From Girardia tigrina (lineage: Eukaryota): a DNA stretch of 64,000 bases. Below are positions 52,466 through 64,000 of this stretch, piece by piece. Both the position numbers and the translations under genes were made by a program. Below the pieces are notes generated by a model, which saw only the letters and a program-made list of their open reading frames with translations, was not told the origin of the DNA and did no database searches. The DNA lies in NCBI GenBank assembly GCA_001938485.1, contig MQRK01231888.1, positions 1-64,000 of the forward strand, written 5' to 3'. The stretch's first letter is position 1; the number at the start of each line of letters is the position of its first letter.

Positions 52466-52591
52466 ATGGTAACGAAAGTCGATTTTAAAGTTGTTGTTTT
52501 GGGCAAAGAATGTGTCGGTAAAACGGCAGCAGTCGATCTATTTTTGAAAGAGAATTTCCACGCGAATAACGCTTATCATCCAACGATCGGG
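52466..52591 (+). pseudogene. RAB24: Rab24-like small GTPase first exon; downstream exons not found
   Basis: MVTKVDFKVVVLGKECVGKTAAVDLFLKENFHANNAYHPTIG then GT: P-loop and switch-I TIG, resembling Rab24 KVVMLGKEYVGKT. Confidence 0.7.
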
Positions 52592-52614
52592 GTAGCGATA
52601 ATATTCTGATTATA

Positions 52615-52950
52615 ATGACTACTATGAAAGAATTTAAACGAATTTCTGTTCTATTGAAATTTAAAGATAATATCGACCATCTTCTCAAATCAGAAAATCC
52701 TCCGATAATTTCATGCAAATATGGCCGGCTGAATTTCGATCCTACAACCTCCAAACTTAAGTGGGACAATCGATATTTGATTAATTCAATTTCGAAACTG
52801 CCGGTATGGGACTTGACGAAATGCACGTTTTCGGATTCGGGTTTGAGTACCGATGTTGTAAATGCCCTCAAAGAAAATCGATTCGTATGTCCGACGAATA
52901 TTCAAATTAGCACAATTTCAACAATCCTCACTGGACTGAATACGATCCTA
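52615..52950 (+). pseudogene. DEAD-box helicase 5' fragment (DDX28-like), truncated before motif I
   Basis: PIISC...TFSDSGLSTDVVNALKENRFVCPTNIQ...ILTGLNTIL (Q motif), then unrelated sequence. Confidence 0.65.
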
Positions 52951-53115
52951 CATTTGGGCGGTAAAACCGATGGCGGTAAAATCTGTGGCATGATATACGC
53001 AGCCGGTCTGAGGCCTGGAGACAGTCTCGTTGCGTTCATACGGAGAATGAGTTCTCTCGGCAGTGTCCCTTTGGATACGCACTTCCCTTTGTACAAGATC
53101 AGTGACCCTAGTCAC

Positions 53116-53118
<3 letters not shown>

Positions 53119-53162
<44 letters not shown>
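53119..53162. repeat. (AT)n microsatellite (others at about 14219-14253, 23817-23841, 33889-33969)
   Basis: Direct reading. Confidence 0.95.
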
Positions 53163-53165
<3 letters not shown>

Positions 53166-54195
53166 GGTGGTCGCAAGAAATCGATGTTGGGATTTCTCTG
53201 ACATAGAGCTTGAGAAAGCAACGAAAAGAGAAGTACATGGAATTTTGGGGGGTTGGATAGGCCATGTACCAGTTGCAGGATGACTACGAGTTGCTTGGGC
53301 CTACATTCAGAGAATAACCGCAAAATACAAGATTCTAATTTTAATTTGTTTGAATAATATTGTTTTTGAAAATCGAAAAAATGCTATATATATATATTTA
53401 CGAAGCAAGTTAATCAAGAAAAAACATGGAGAGAAAAATTGCAAACATTTCTCTTTAATACATTTTAAACATTTGTGGATAATCCTTAAACGTCTTTTTG
53501 TAAAAAAAAATTAATCATAATCATTTATTTTCATCAAAAATGAGTAAGTGACAAAAGGTTGGAGAAAATTACAGGGTTATTCAACTTTATATCGACAATT
53601 ATTCATTTTAATATCGACATTAGAAAACAAATACTGACAGTGATTTTACACTTTTATTAAAAAATATATGAAAAAAATATATACAAACATATACAAAATA
53701 AAAAATAGAATAGTCTTTTTTTGTATTTTTAAATAAATTATTGCTTTTGACGCGCTAACTCAACCCAACGTCTCATGTCAAGGATAGTTGAAACGATAAT
53801 CAAGGAAGAGCAGACGATAACTGCTTCTTGGCATATTGATGACATGTTCATTGTGGAAAGTTCTTGTAATGCAGAGGATGTAGTAGGAATTTTTCGCCGG
53901 TTTGTGTTGAAGTCTAAACCCAAAGAACGGATTGGTTTAGACAAAGATGTCAGGGTATTTGGTCTGAATGTAAAAAGCAATTTGTAGTAGAGAAGAGACC
54001 AAGAGCTCGTAACTAGTGAGCATGAGAAAGCAACGAAAAGAGAAGCACATGGAATTTTGGGGGATTGGATAGGCCATGTACCAGTTGCAGGATGGCTACG
54101 AGTTACTTGTGCCTACATTCAGAGATTAACCGCAAAATACAAGATTCTAGTTTTAATTTGTTTAAATAATATTGTTTTTGAAAATCGAAAAAAAT
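53163..54195 (+). mobile_element. LTR-retrotransposon RT-region fragments; ~180-bp direct duplication (about 53205-53385 and 54020-54195)
   Basis: WHIDDMFI, VRVFGL, ATKREVHGILGGWIGHVPVAGWLR. Confidence 0.75.
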
Positions 54196-57100
54196 CATCT
54201 TATTTTACAACTTCCTCCCAAATAAATATCAAAAACTATCAAAAATAAGGATAATTAATTTTTGCAACTATGAAAAATTACGATTAAAAATTGTGTTTGC
54301 TCGATTCCTCGATTTTTTAGCGGTTGAATTTGTATATTGTCTCAATTGTGATTTTTTGGCGAGTTATTTTTGATTCTTTTTTTGGGTTGTATCGTTGCTG
54401 AATTTTATCTGTCATTTTTGAACGAAGAAAACCGTTTATTTGCCAGTAAAATTTTTCTCGAAGATTCTTTTATATTTGTGAGGGATAATTTGGAATGTTG
54501 TAAGTTTGTTGTTTGTATGCTGTTTAGATTTGTGACTCTCCTACTCAGATGGGATTGATATGTTATTTGATTGATTAGTTGAATTTAATGAAATTAATCT
54601 AATCATATTAATTTTAAGTACTAATTAATTAAAGTTTGATAATTATGAATTTTAATAATATTTTCAGTAAACGATTTTAACTTAGTAAATTTAATATATT
54701 TTAAAAATTAATGTTTATTTAAAAAATTACATAATATCTTTTTATCCAATAAAATTATGAGAAATTAAAATGTAATATTAAAAGTTCCCATTCATTGTTT
54801 TTTTTTATATTTGTAACCTCAGTTTGTAAGATGAAATTAAATTATTCCCCTCGGCCTGATTACTCCGCACTCTCACCATGGTGCGAGAATCTACATAATA
54901 GATTCTCTCTTTCGGTGGTCTATTGCTGATCGTGACTTTTTCTTATGATAAAATTCCTCAAATTCCTTCTTTTCCTTTTGCAAATATCAATTTATATTGA
55001 TAATTAAAATTTTCATCTAATATCTGTTTTAATTCTCTTTTTTATATAATTAATTTTTCCACTGTTTTAATTTAATTTTAAAATAAACTTGATGTCCTTC
55101 TTAGCATAAATATCTCTTTATTTAATCTTGGCTATTTACCTTTTTAATCTATTCTTAATTTAATTGTTTATATAATTTATATTTAATATTGTAAAAGGAT
55201 AAATACGGTTTTATTTTATCCATTAATTAAAACAATAAATTATTTCTTTTAATACTTATATTATTTATACAATTAAACCTCAACACTTTTCTTAAAATCT
55301 TTCTTCTTTTATAGTCTTTTTTGAATATAATTTATTTCTGTTTACTTTTTAAAATATAATGTTTTCCCTTTCATTATAAATATTCTTTTGTTTTATTTAT
55401 TTTGGTTACCTTTTTAATAAATGTTATTTTTATTATTTATATATAATTTATATTTAATATAATAAATAGATATATAATTTCTTATTATATCTATTAATTA
55501 AAACAAATTTTTATTTTTAAATACTTTTATTATTTATACTCAACAAATGTATAAATTAATATATCTGACTTATATGTATATATGAAACCAAAAGATAAGG
55601 CATTACAATTGCCCTTCAAGATTCAATTGAGTTTTTGCCTATTTGCCCTCTGGAACGACTTCGATCCCATCATCGACTATCAGCTGACATGCAGCATTTC
55701 AACAACATAACAATCATTTATTATATCACATATTATTTTAGTATCTCAAGTTCACATTGATTTATCCTTGCCGAGTAAATAATCGAAAAGCGTTTGACTG
55801 TGCATAATTTTCCTCACCCCAACAATGAAAATAATCACAAGGTCTTCTATACGCGTGTCATTTGGCTGTCAATGCGTAGATATGTCAAACTCTGAACTTC
55901 TCAATGCCCGTCCTGTCAGAAATTCAAAGTTGATAGTAAATTGAAACCTCATGTCTACCATTATCCACTTTCTTTAGGCTTTGAGAAACTCTACATCTAT
56001 ATCTATCTTTAAAAAATCAATTATTGTAGAATATTTTGAGCAATCTACTTATCCTTGAGTAATCCATGAATTTGTTGGGTATTAAAATCTTTAATCTGAA
56101 ATATTTACTTTTTAGAAACACAAATCTTTAATCTTTACTCTTTAAACTTTAATTGTAAATCTGACTCCAATTAATCAGTAAGGACTTCCAACATAAATAT
56201 ATAAATGAATGAACGCAAATTATTTTATAAAACTTTATTTTTCAATAACACAATTATTAAAAACATCAACATGGGTTTTTAAACTTTTATTTTCAATACA
56301 ATCAGAATTGTCTTTTGGATAACTCTCAGCAAAACTCTCGTCATTCGACATTGTTCTAAATTGATAACTTTTAGTTAATGTTTGTTAATAAACAATTATT
56401 CGAACATGTTTTTCATTATTTTCAGATTTTATTTTTAAAGCTCAAATTTTGTAGTTTTAGTATTAATTTTATTTACATATTAATTTTATTTAAAAATTAT
56501 TTTATGTAAAGAAAGAACATTTATTTAATTCAAAACTTAGTTAAAACTATTTATTTTATTTAAATTTTAATATGAAGATTTTAAAATATTTAATATTTTT
56601 AATGTTTTTAAATATCTTATGCTGTACTTTAAAATGTAAATTATACTCGAATAATTATCTATCGAGAACATCTAAAATATCAATTTTCCATCTGGGTGGG
56701 AGAAACAGATTTTCAAATACTAAACTCAACATACAAAATTCAACAAACCAATTTCAACATAACAAATTTAAAATATTCCTCACAACAATATAGCACACAG
56801 CTTTATATTGTTCAAATCAATAGTATCAATAAACGTATTTACAAACGGATAATCGATGCGAGTTTATCAGATCACAGTTTATTAATATCGAAAATATAAA
56901 TCCTCTAAATGAACGATAACCATTACACTCCCAAAATCAAATGAATTCTTATTCTCTTATACAGGATACTAAGTTCAATTTCAACTTCAGGATAAAAAAA
57001 ATAAAAAGTAAAGAATTTAAATAAATTTACTCTACACGGAATCTTCTTTTAAAGTTTGTTGTAGGAAATTATTGGTGTGCCCATGACTCAATTCCTTGTT

Positions 57101-57419
57101 GTTTATATACTAGTTTTTTTCTACCCTTGAAAATTGATCAAATAAAACAATATTTTTAATTTTCAATTCTAAATTTTGTTAAACTAAATATTATTTTGTT
57201 TGAAATTAATAATTTTACCAAAAGAATTATTTTATATTTTTTCTACATAAAATTTTGTCAAAAGTATTCATATGTATTTTTTGAAATCCTAACAAATTGT
57301 TAAAATTATTACTGTAGTGGGCTAAACATCACCAATATAAATTACACAATAATTTTCTATTTTTAATAATTCTAAATATATATAATATAATATAATAATC
57401 TCGACATATTTCAAGTCCC

Positions 57420-59070
57420 ATGCTGTCTTTATTGCCTCGTTGGTGGCTTCGAGCTGTGGTAGGTTGATGTGAGAAACATCATCATCCTCTACAGAGATAT
57501 CGGTCGATATCGAATTTGTGACACACTACACTTGACCTAGACTACGGTCGGTACTTCCCATTAGTCGTTCAGAGCGCTCTTTGCTCTGCAGCCGTTCCGC
57601 CAGCTTCACTGCGAAGTTTATAACAAAAGGTTCCACGTAATTGTTCCATCCGCAGCTGTAGGTCATCATTTTTAGAAAACTGAATTCAGCCTCAACCACT
57701 CGCTATTTGAAAATAGCCCAGCAGCTAACTAACCCAGGAAAAATGTTTCTGTTGTGTCAGATGATCTTACACCTGCGGCATCTTGCCTTCCCGGTGCCAG
57801 CGCAGTTCACTGTTAGTCTGCCGTACAGTGAGGCAGAGCACTCTGTCTCCCTTAATTTTACCACCGAGTTTGTATAGAGTCCAAAACTATCGAGCAATGC
57901 TCCCCCGTGCTTCGCTGAACATTTGCTACTGTCGACAATGACCTCATCACAGTAGGTGTCCTCAGCCTCCGCCACCTGTGGGTCCAACCTGATCATGTGG
58001 TCCATGATGCACCTCATAATTTATGGTGCCACGTTCAGCCCGAAACTTAGTCACGTCAACAACCACACCTTCTCACTTTAGTGGATCACTTGATAGGGTC
58101 AAAGACTCCGGTCAACCTTGATCTGGAGATATGCACGTCTCAAGTCAATATCTCGAGCGACACCCTATCTTCCACTATTTGCACAGCTTTTCTACACACA
58201 CCCGGTAAGCTGCAGTGTGGCTGGACACAAACTCGCTCAATACTCGGTAGTTCATCACCAGCCGCACCTTCTTCTTGGCCTTCTAAACTACCGTCATCAG
58301 CGACAGAACGGCTTTTTTGTACTGCATCACCGAAGCGTAGGCGGCCGCTCATTCCAGCGACTCTGGTTGCACCTAACTGCTTCTTCAACTCCATACCGCC
58401 ATCCATGAATCCCCTTCAATCTCTGCCGATTAATCGACATCTTCGATTCTTGTGTATGCCTGTTGCTTCAGTCTATCCGTCCGCATCTGGTGCTCAATCC
58501 TAACTTTGACGCACACAGCGGCCAGGAACCCAAACGCTCCCGAGTTCGGTGTCTATGCCGAGGATTATCCCAGTCCTCAACTCGACAGTTATTGGTAACA
58601 CTATAACGCCGCATCCTATCCGCTTGTGGCTACACTTTATCAACAGAGTTGCTCTTAATTGCACGCCCGCTACAAAGCCGTTCATCAACTGAAACGCTTC
58701 TTCTATTGCGACAAACATTGCAGAAAGGAATCAATACCGTCTCTACGGCCGATGTCCAATAGCCGGTATCTACTATTTCCTTCAAGGTCCTCCCACACAA
58801 GTTCACCGAAACGAATGCCAATCATGTGTCGCCGCAACCAAGCCCACACTAGCTGAATAGTGGGGACAAAAGTATGATTCTTATCCGTTCGGTTTTGAGC
58901 TACGGAAATCTACTTGCAATGTTGCCCAACCGGCCGCAACTAAAACATCCGCTCTTCCACCACAGTTCACAATTTAATCTGTTGTATAACAGCTAATGTT
59001 GCCTCTCTGTCATGCATCCACGAGCAAAATGCTTGCTCCCACAACATCAATAACATCTCGGCCCTCTTTT
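57420..59070 (-). mobile_element. Decayed LTR retrotransposon (gag knuckle, PR, RT), same lineage as the 53-54 kb fragments
   Basis: CFSCGRLGNIA knuckle; IVDTG protease; LSFGLNVAP; TYCDEVIV; GC-rich relative to the flanks. Confidence 0.75.
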
Positions 59071-60107
59071 ATTCGCTGACTTTTATATTATTGTGATACA
59101 ATTATAAACCCTTACTGTATGATACTTTAAACCAATTTTCCAATAGTGTAATTTTAAATCAGTTTCCTTAATTAAAAAACTCAGCAATAAATTATATCAA
59201 AATTACCAAATATGCTTTCAAATTTTTAATAAAACGTAATTTATGAAAAATTAATAATAGAAGAAAAATGAATAATTATTAATAGAAGAAACATCGAAAT
59301 TTCTCAGAAAGACCGAGATAAAATTGTTACAAAACATTAGGCAATTTAATAAAATGAGACTAGTCTATACTACACCAATGCCTAAAGAAATAATACCGTA
59401 AAATTAGGATACTGAGATAATTAAATAAAGTTTGCTATAGTTTCTGCTTAAGTTTGATAAATAGTGAGAAATTGTAATTTGAAACAGTTTCAAATTGAGA
59501 AGATAAAAAAAATTCTTTTTCAGTAGTTTTTCATGTTCCTTCTATTATTTATAATGATAATTGTTCATTAAAAATTTTTTTATTTAAAATCTGAAAATAA
59601 ATTTAGTAATTTATAAATTTTTTAATAACTTCTATACAAAAATGATTTAAAATTTTTTAAAAATAATATTAATAATAAAATTTAATATTGGAAAATTAAA
59701 TGAATAATAATTTAAATTCATCTAAATTCAATTTTGAAAGCAAACATTAGTTTTTGTTTCAATGCTCTGTTCGATGTGTATATTTGCCGATTCAAGTGAT
59801 TAAAGTGAGTGAGTGTTTTTTGGCGGTCATCCGTGTCTGTGTGTTTGTTTCCTTTATTCATTATTATTGTTATTATTATTATTATTAAAGGTGATATATT
59901 GAAGTATATTCCTTTTATGATGACCGCCTAAAATAAAGATCTTAACTGAACGAAAAAGTACTTTTAGTATCTTTGTTACAGTTTAAGATTACATTACCAA
60001 ATCCGTATGGATTAATCGACCTTTTTGTCTCTATTTATCTGTGACTAAAGAATAAGTAGTCATTGGTCTAAAAATAAATAAATTTATCGACTTTGTCTTC
60101 ATTAATA

Positions 60108-63100
60108 ATTTAAACGGAAAATTTTTGGTCTAGTAATTCATATAAGAAAAATGGTTATTGATTAATTTAATTTTAATCAATCAATATAAAATAAATTATT
60201 TCACTACTACATTTTAAATCAAATTTTGAGCAACTGAAATTAGTGAAATCGTTGAAACGATTAAAAACCAAAATTAAATGTGTTTTTCGTACCACATTCT
60301 GCTATCTATCTATAAAATGTTAATTAGAGATTACTTAGAGAAAATCTTAACTTAGGGTTAGTGCAGTGCTTATTTACCATTAGTATATATGCACATATAT
60401 AATATACATTAATTTGTATTACTTGGCATAATTTAGTTTGTCTTAGTCGGAACCATTTTGGGGCATCAGGCTTCCACATCCAAACGGTTGGCTCAAGGTA
60501 ACCTAGAATAAATACAGATGCATAAATATTATATAAATAAATATCCAGTTGCCATTTAATTAAAAAAATCATTAACTTGAAAAATAATGATAACAAAAAC
60601 AAAACAATTACTTCACGAATGCGGACTAAAATACACTAACAGTTAAATATCGTATCCCACCAACAAATAAATTGGCTGATAAAATTCTCTTTCAAGCACA
60701 TACCGATCAAATGCTATCCGACAAGTCTACCGCTGTGACAGTAATGTTTCGACTATTAAATATATACAATATGTAAATAAATAAACTATTATTCGTCATA
60801 ATAAAAGAAACAAATTAATTTACCGAAAAGTTTTGATCAAAAATAACGACGATTGACGTATTTCATCTATTCCACCCGACTAAATAACCGAAAATTAACT
60901 AATAATTCCTGGTCAAACTAATCAGATCGGATGATCGAAATGTCATTCAGACTCATTCCGATTCAGTAAGTGCGCATCATTTGACTTCCGAATGCTATTC
61001 TTTAGTGTGATCATAAGCAACGTCTTTTACCCTCTGTTATTAAATAATGCAGCTTTGTTAAGAATCTTTTATTTTTTATACTTTTATAAGAGATTTAGTT
61101 TAAGACAAATTAGTTGTTCTTGAGATCCCTGTTTTATAACAGTTAGCGTATTTCATTTTGAAAAGAGTATTTATAAAAATCTTAAAAAGATAATATCATA
61201 AATTTAATTTTTTTCAATTGATTATGATTTATTTTGATTATATCTCAAATAAATACACAAAGCAGACACCAATGTTAAAGTTAATCTATTTCAGATGTAT
61301 GACAACAATTATATATATATATATACTCTGTAGCACTTCCTACTGAAAATTTGCATGCTAGTTCATTCTCAATAAAAATACAATAAGTTTTTTCAACTTT
61401 ACCCAGTGATTTCGTTAAATCTAATTAATTAAACAATAAATTAATGATAATAAATTAAAATTGAGAAAAAAAAGAAAACATGTATTTGATTAATTTATAT
61501 TGTAATATTTATATTGAAATATCTTGATGCAGCTGATTTTAGTTCCAGTCTCAACTGAAAAATTAAGCAATTAAAATAGTACATTTGTGCCTAATTTAAG
61601 TTTTATAAAACTTTAAAAACTTAACACTCCGAATGCTTTACTTTTTTAGACATCAAATAGAGGTAGTTTAGGAATTAAGAAATTTACACAGCGTGAAATA
61701 ACAAAAATTTTGATATTTGTAACCAAAGGGGTCATGAGTCGATTATAACATGAAGCCTCAAAATTGCTGATAGCCTCAAATTAAGCGCATCTCAACATGC
61801 CAGATTATGCACCCATCATATATAAAATCGATGGTATCCTCCAAGTGTTTCGGATTAATTAAGTTAATCAAAAGCAGTACATAGACTTTATTGTATTCTT
61901 TTTTTTAATATATGTTTTACTATAAATTCTGAACGACGTTCATAAAATTAAAGCGGAGGTCAATGAATTACTGCCAGTACAAAATAAATGTATTTTTAGT
62001 AAAAAAACAAGAGAATTTATCGAAATGAGTTGTGATTGCCGGCGGTTTTTGTAGCATAGCAGAATTTGAAAAAAAACATTTCATTAAATTTATTGATTAA
62101 TTTTGAATAAATGATTTTGATTTTTTGTTTGTTTGGAAATATATTTGATAAATTTAATGTTGATGAACATTGACTTTGTTTGAAAGTTTAGTTTTGTTTG
62201 AATAAAGGGTTGGAAAGAAAAAAGAATTGAATTGAAATAGATTTTATCAAGATGTGGAATTTGATTTTTGTTATTATTTTAATTTTGTTCCCAATTATGT
62301 TCGTGAGGAAAATTAACTTATTACTATTTATATTAAATTATCATATTACATATATATATATAAAATATTTTATTTATTTACTCTATTTATTAATAAGAAT
62401 TCATTTATTAATAAATGTTAAAAATTATTTTATGTAATAATCTTTCGATATAAAATCTATCGAAATAAATATAAATCATGGAAGAAAACTAAGAATGATT
62501 CGTGCAGATCTATCTCAATCTAAACGGTTTATATCCAGTAAATCCGTTTCCCGAAGAATATCCAAAGTAAATCTGAACCGAAAGACAAGACAGTACTCGA
62601 CTGGTCTCAATGTCGCTTACCCCAAACAGAGAATTCGGAACGGTTACACGGCGCCATTGGCTGCTTGCCGGAACCGCCTTTCCCTTCGTACAGTCGTAAT
62701 ATTGCTCTCCGTCGTTGTCCGCCTTTGGTAGCCAGAAAAAATATCATGAACTGAATAGACAAAAACCGGTTAGAGAATCCGGACCGGAAATTCCTTTGAT
62801 TAATGCCACATGTGAGCATTATGTAGTCCAGAAATAATGAATCGAGTGATTTCTAGAATGGTCCATTCCATCAGAGATAACATCCCGGATTCTCAACAAT
62901 GGAGATTCGATAAGAGATGCTATCAATTGGACTAGAATTGCTTTTGAAACTATATATACTATTTTCAAAATGGAATACTAACTGTTATAAAACAGACCTC
63001 AAGAACAACTAATTTGTCTTAAACTAAATCTCTAAAAATAAAAGATTCTTAACAAAGCTGCATTATTTAATAACAGAGGGTAAAAGACGTTGCTTATGAT

Positions 63101-64000
63101 CACACTAAAGAATAGCATTCGGAAGTCAAATGATGCGCACTTACGGAATCGGAATGAGTCTGAATGACATTTCGATCATCCGATCTGATTAGTTTGACCA
63201 GGAATTATTAGTTAATTTTCAGTTATTTAGTCGGGTGGAATAGATGAAATACGTCAATCGTCGTTATTTTTGATCAAAACTTTTCGGTAAATTAATTTGT
63301 TTCTTTTATTATGACGAATAACAGTTTATTTATTTACATATTGTATATATTTAATAGTCGAAACATTACTGTCACAGCGGTAGACTTGTCGGATAGCATT
63401 TGATCGGTATGGGCTTGAAAGAGAATTTTATCAGCCAATTTATTTGTTGGTGGGATACGATATTTAACTGTTAGTGTATTTTAGTCCGCATTCGTGAAGT
63501 AATTGTTTTGTCAGTTATCATTATTTTTCAAGTTAATGATTTTTTTAATTAAATGGCAACTGGATATTTATTTATATAATATTTATGCATCTGTATTTAT
63601 TCTAGGTTACCTTGAGCCAACCGTTTGGATGTGGAAGCCTGATGCCCCAAAATGGTTCCGACTAAGACAAACTAAATTATGCCAAGTAATACAAATTAAT
63701 GTATATTATATATGTGCATATATACTAATGGTAAATAAGCACTGCACTAACCCTAAGTTAAGATTTTCTCTAAGTAATCTCTAATTAACATTTTATAGAT
63801 AGATAGCAGAATGTGGTACGAAAAACACATTTAATTTTGGTTTTTAATCGTTTCAACGATTTCACTAATTTCAGTTGCTCAAAATTTGATTTAAAATGTA
63901 GTAGTGAAATAATTTATTTTATATTGATTGATTAAAATTAAATTAATCAATAACCATTTTTCTTATATGAATTACTAGACCAAAAATTTTCCGTTTAAAT
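60108..64000. repeat. Large inverted repeat: arms 60108-61170 and 62956-64000 (open at window end), ~1.8-kb spacer
   Basis: The arms are near-identical reverse complements with a few SNPs and indels; the same ORF appears at 60324-60602 (-) and 63503-63784 (+). Confidence 0.95.

Noticed and set aside
62607-62819. Walker-A-like LYEGKGGSGK suggesting a viral Rep/SF3 helicase
   Set aside because: GK is followed by Q rather than S/T, there is no Walker B or motif C, and other frames are equally open.

Overview
Very AT-rich, intron-containing animal genomic DNA with several N gaps. Tiny introns of about 42-74 nt, mariner elements and Penelope-like elements fit a triclad flatworm (planarian), but that is inference only. 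(1) A multi-exon LRRIQ1-like gene on + (from 3124 or earlier to 35891) was rebuilt exon by exon with consistent splice phases. Its large introns are packed with mobile DNA: mariners, Tc1, rosa and pogo relics, MULE, a Helitron 3' end, piggyBac, hAT and Harbinger MITEs, a Ty3/gypsy element, and an inverted Penelope insertion carrying two minimal hammerhead ribozymes. (2) A Penelope RT relic is interrupted by a second decayed gypsy element (37.7-41.9 kb). (3) A convergent pair of intronless, single-domain, apparently secreted ACE-like (M2 peptidyl-dipeptidase) genes is separated by a near-intact mariner. The first gene has a phased array of RFX X-box-like motifs upstream, and both show substitutions at chloride-binding positions. 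(4) A Rab24-like first exon sits directly next to a DDX28-like 5' fragment. (5) Further LTR relics follow, then an inverted repeat with arms over 1 kb that runs off the window end. All identifications come from motif recognition by eye; no searches were run.
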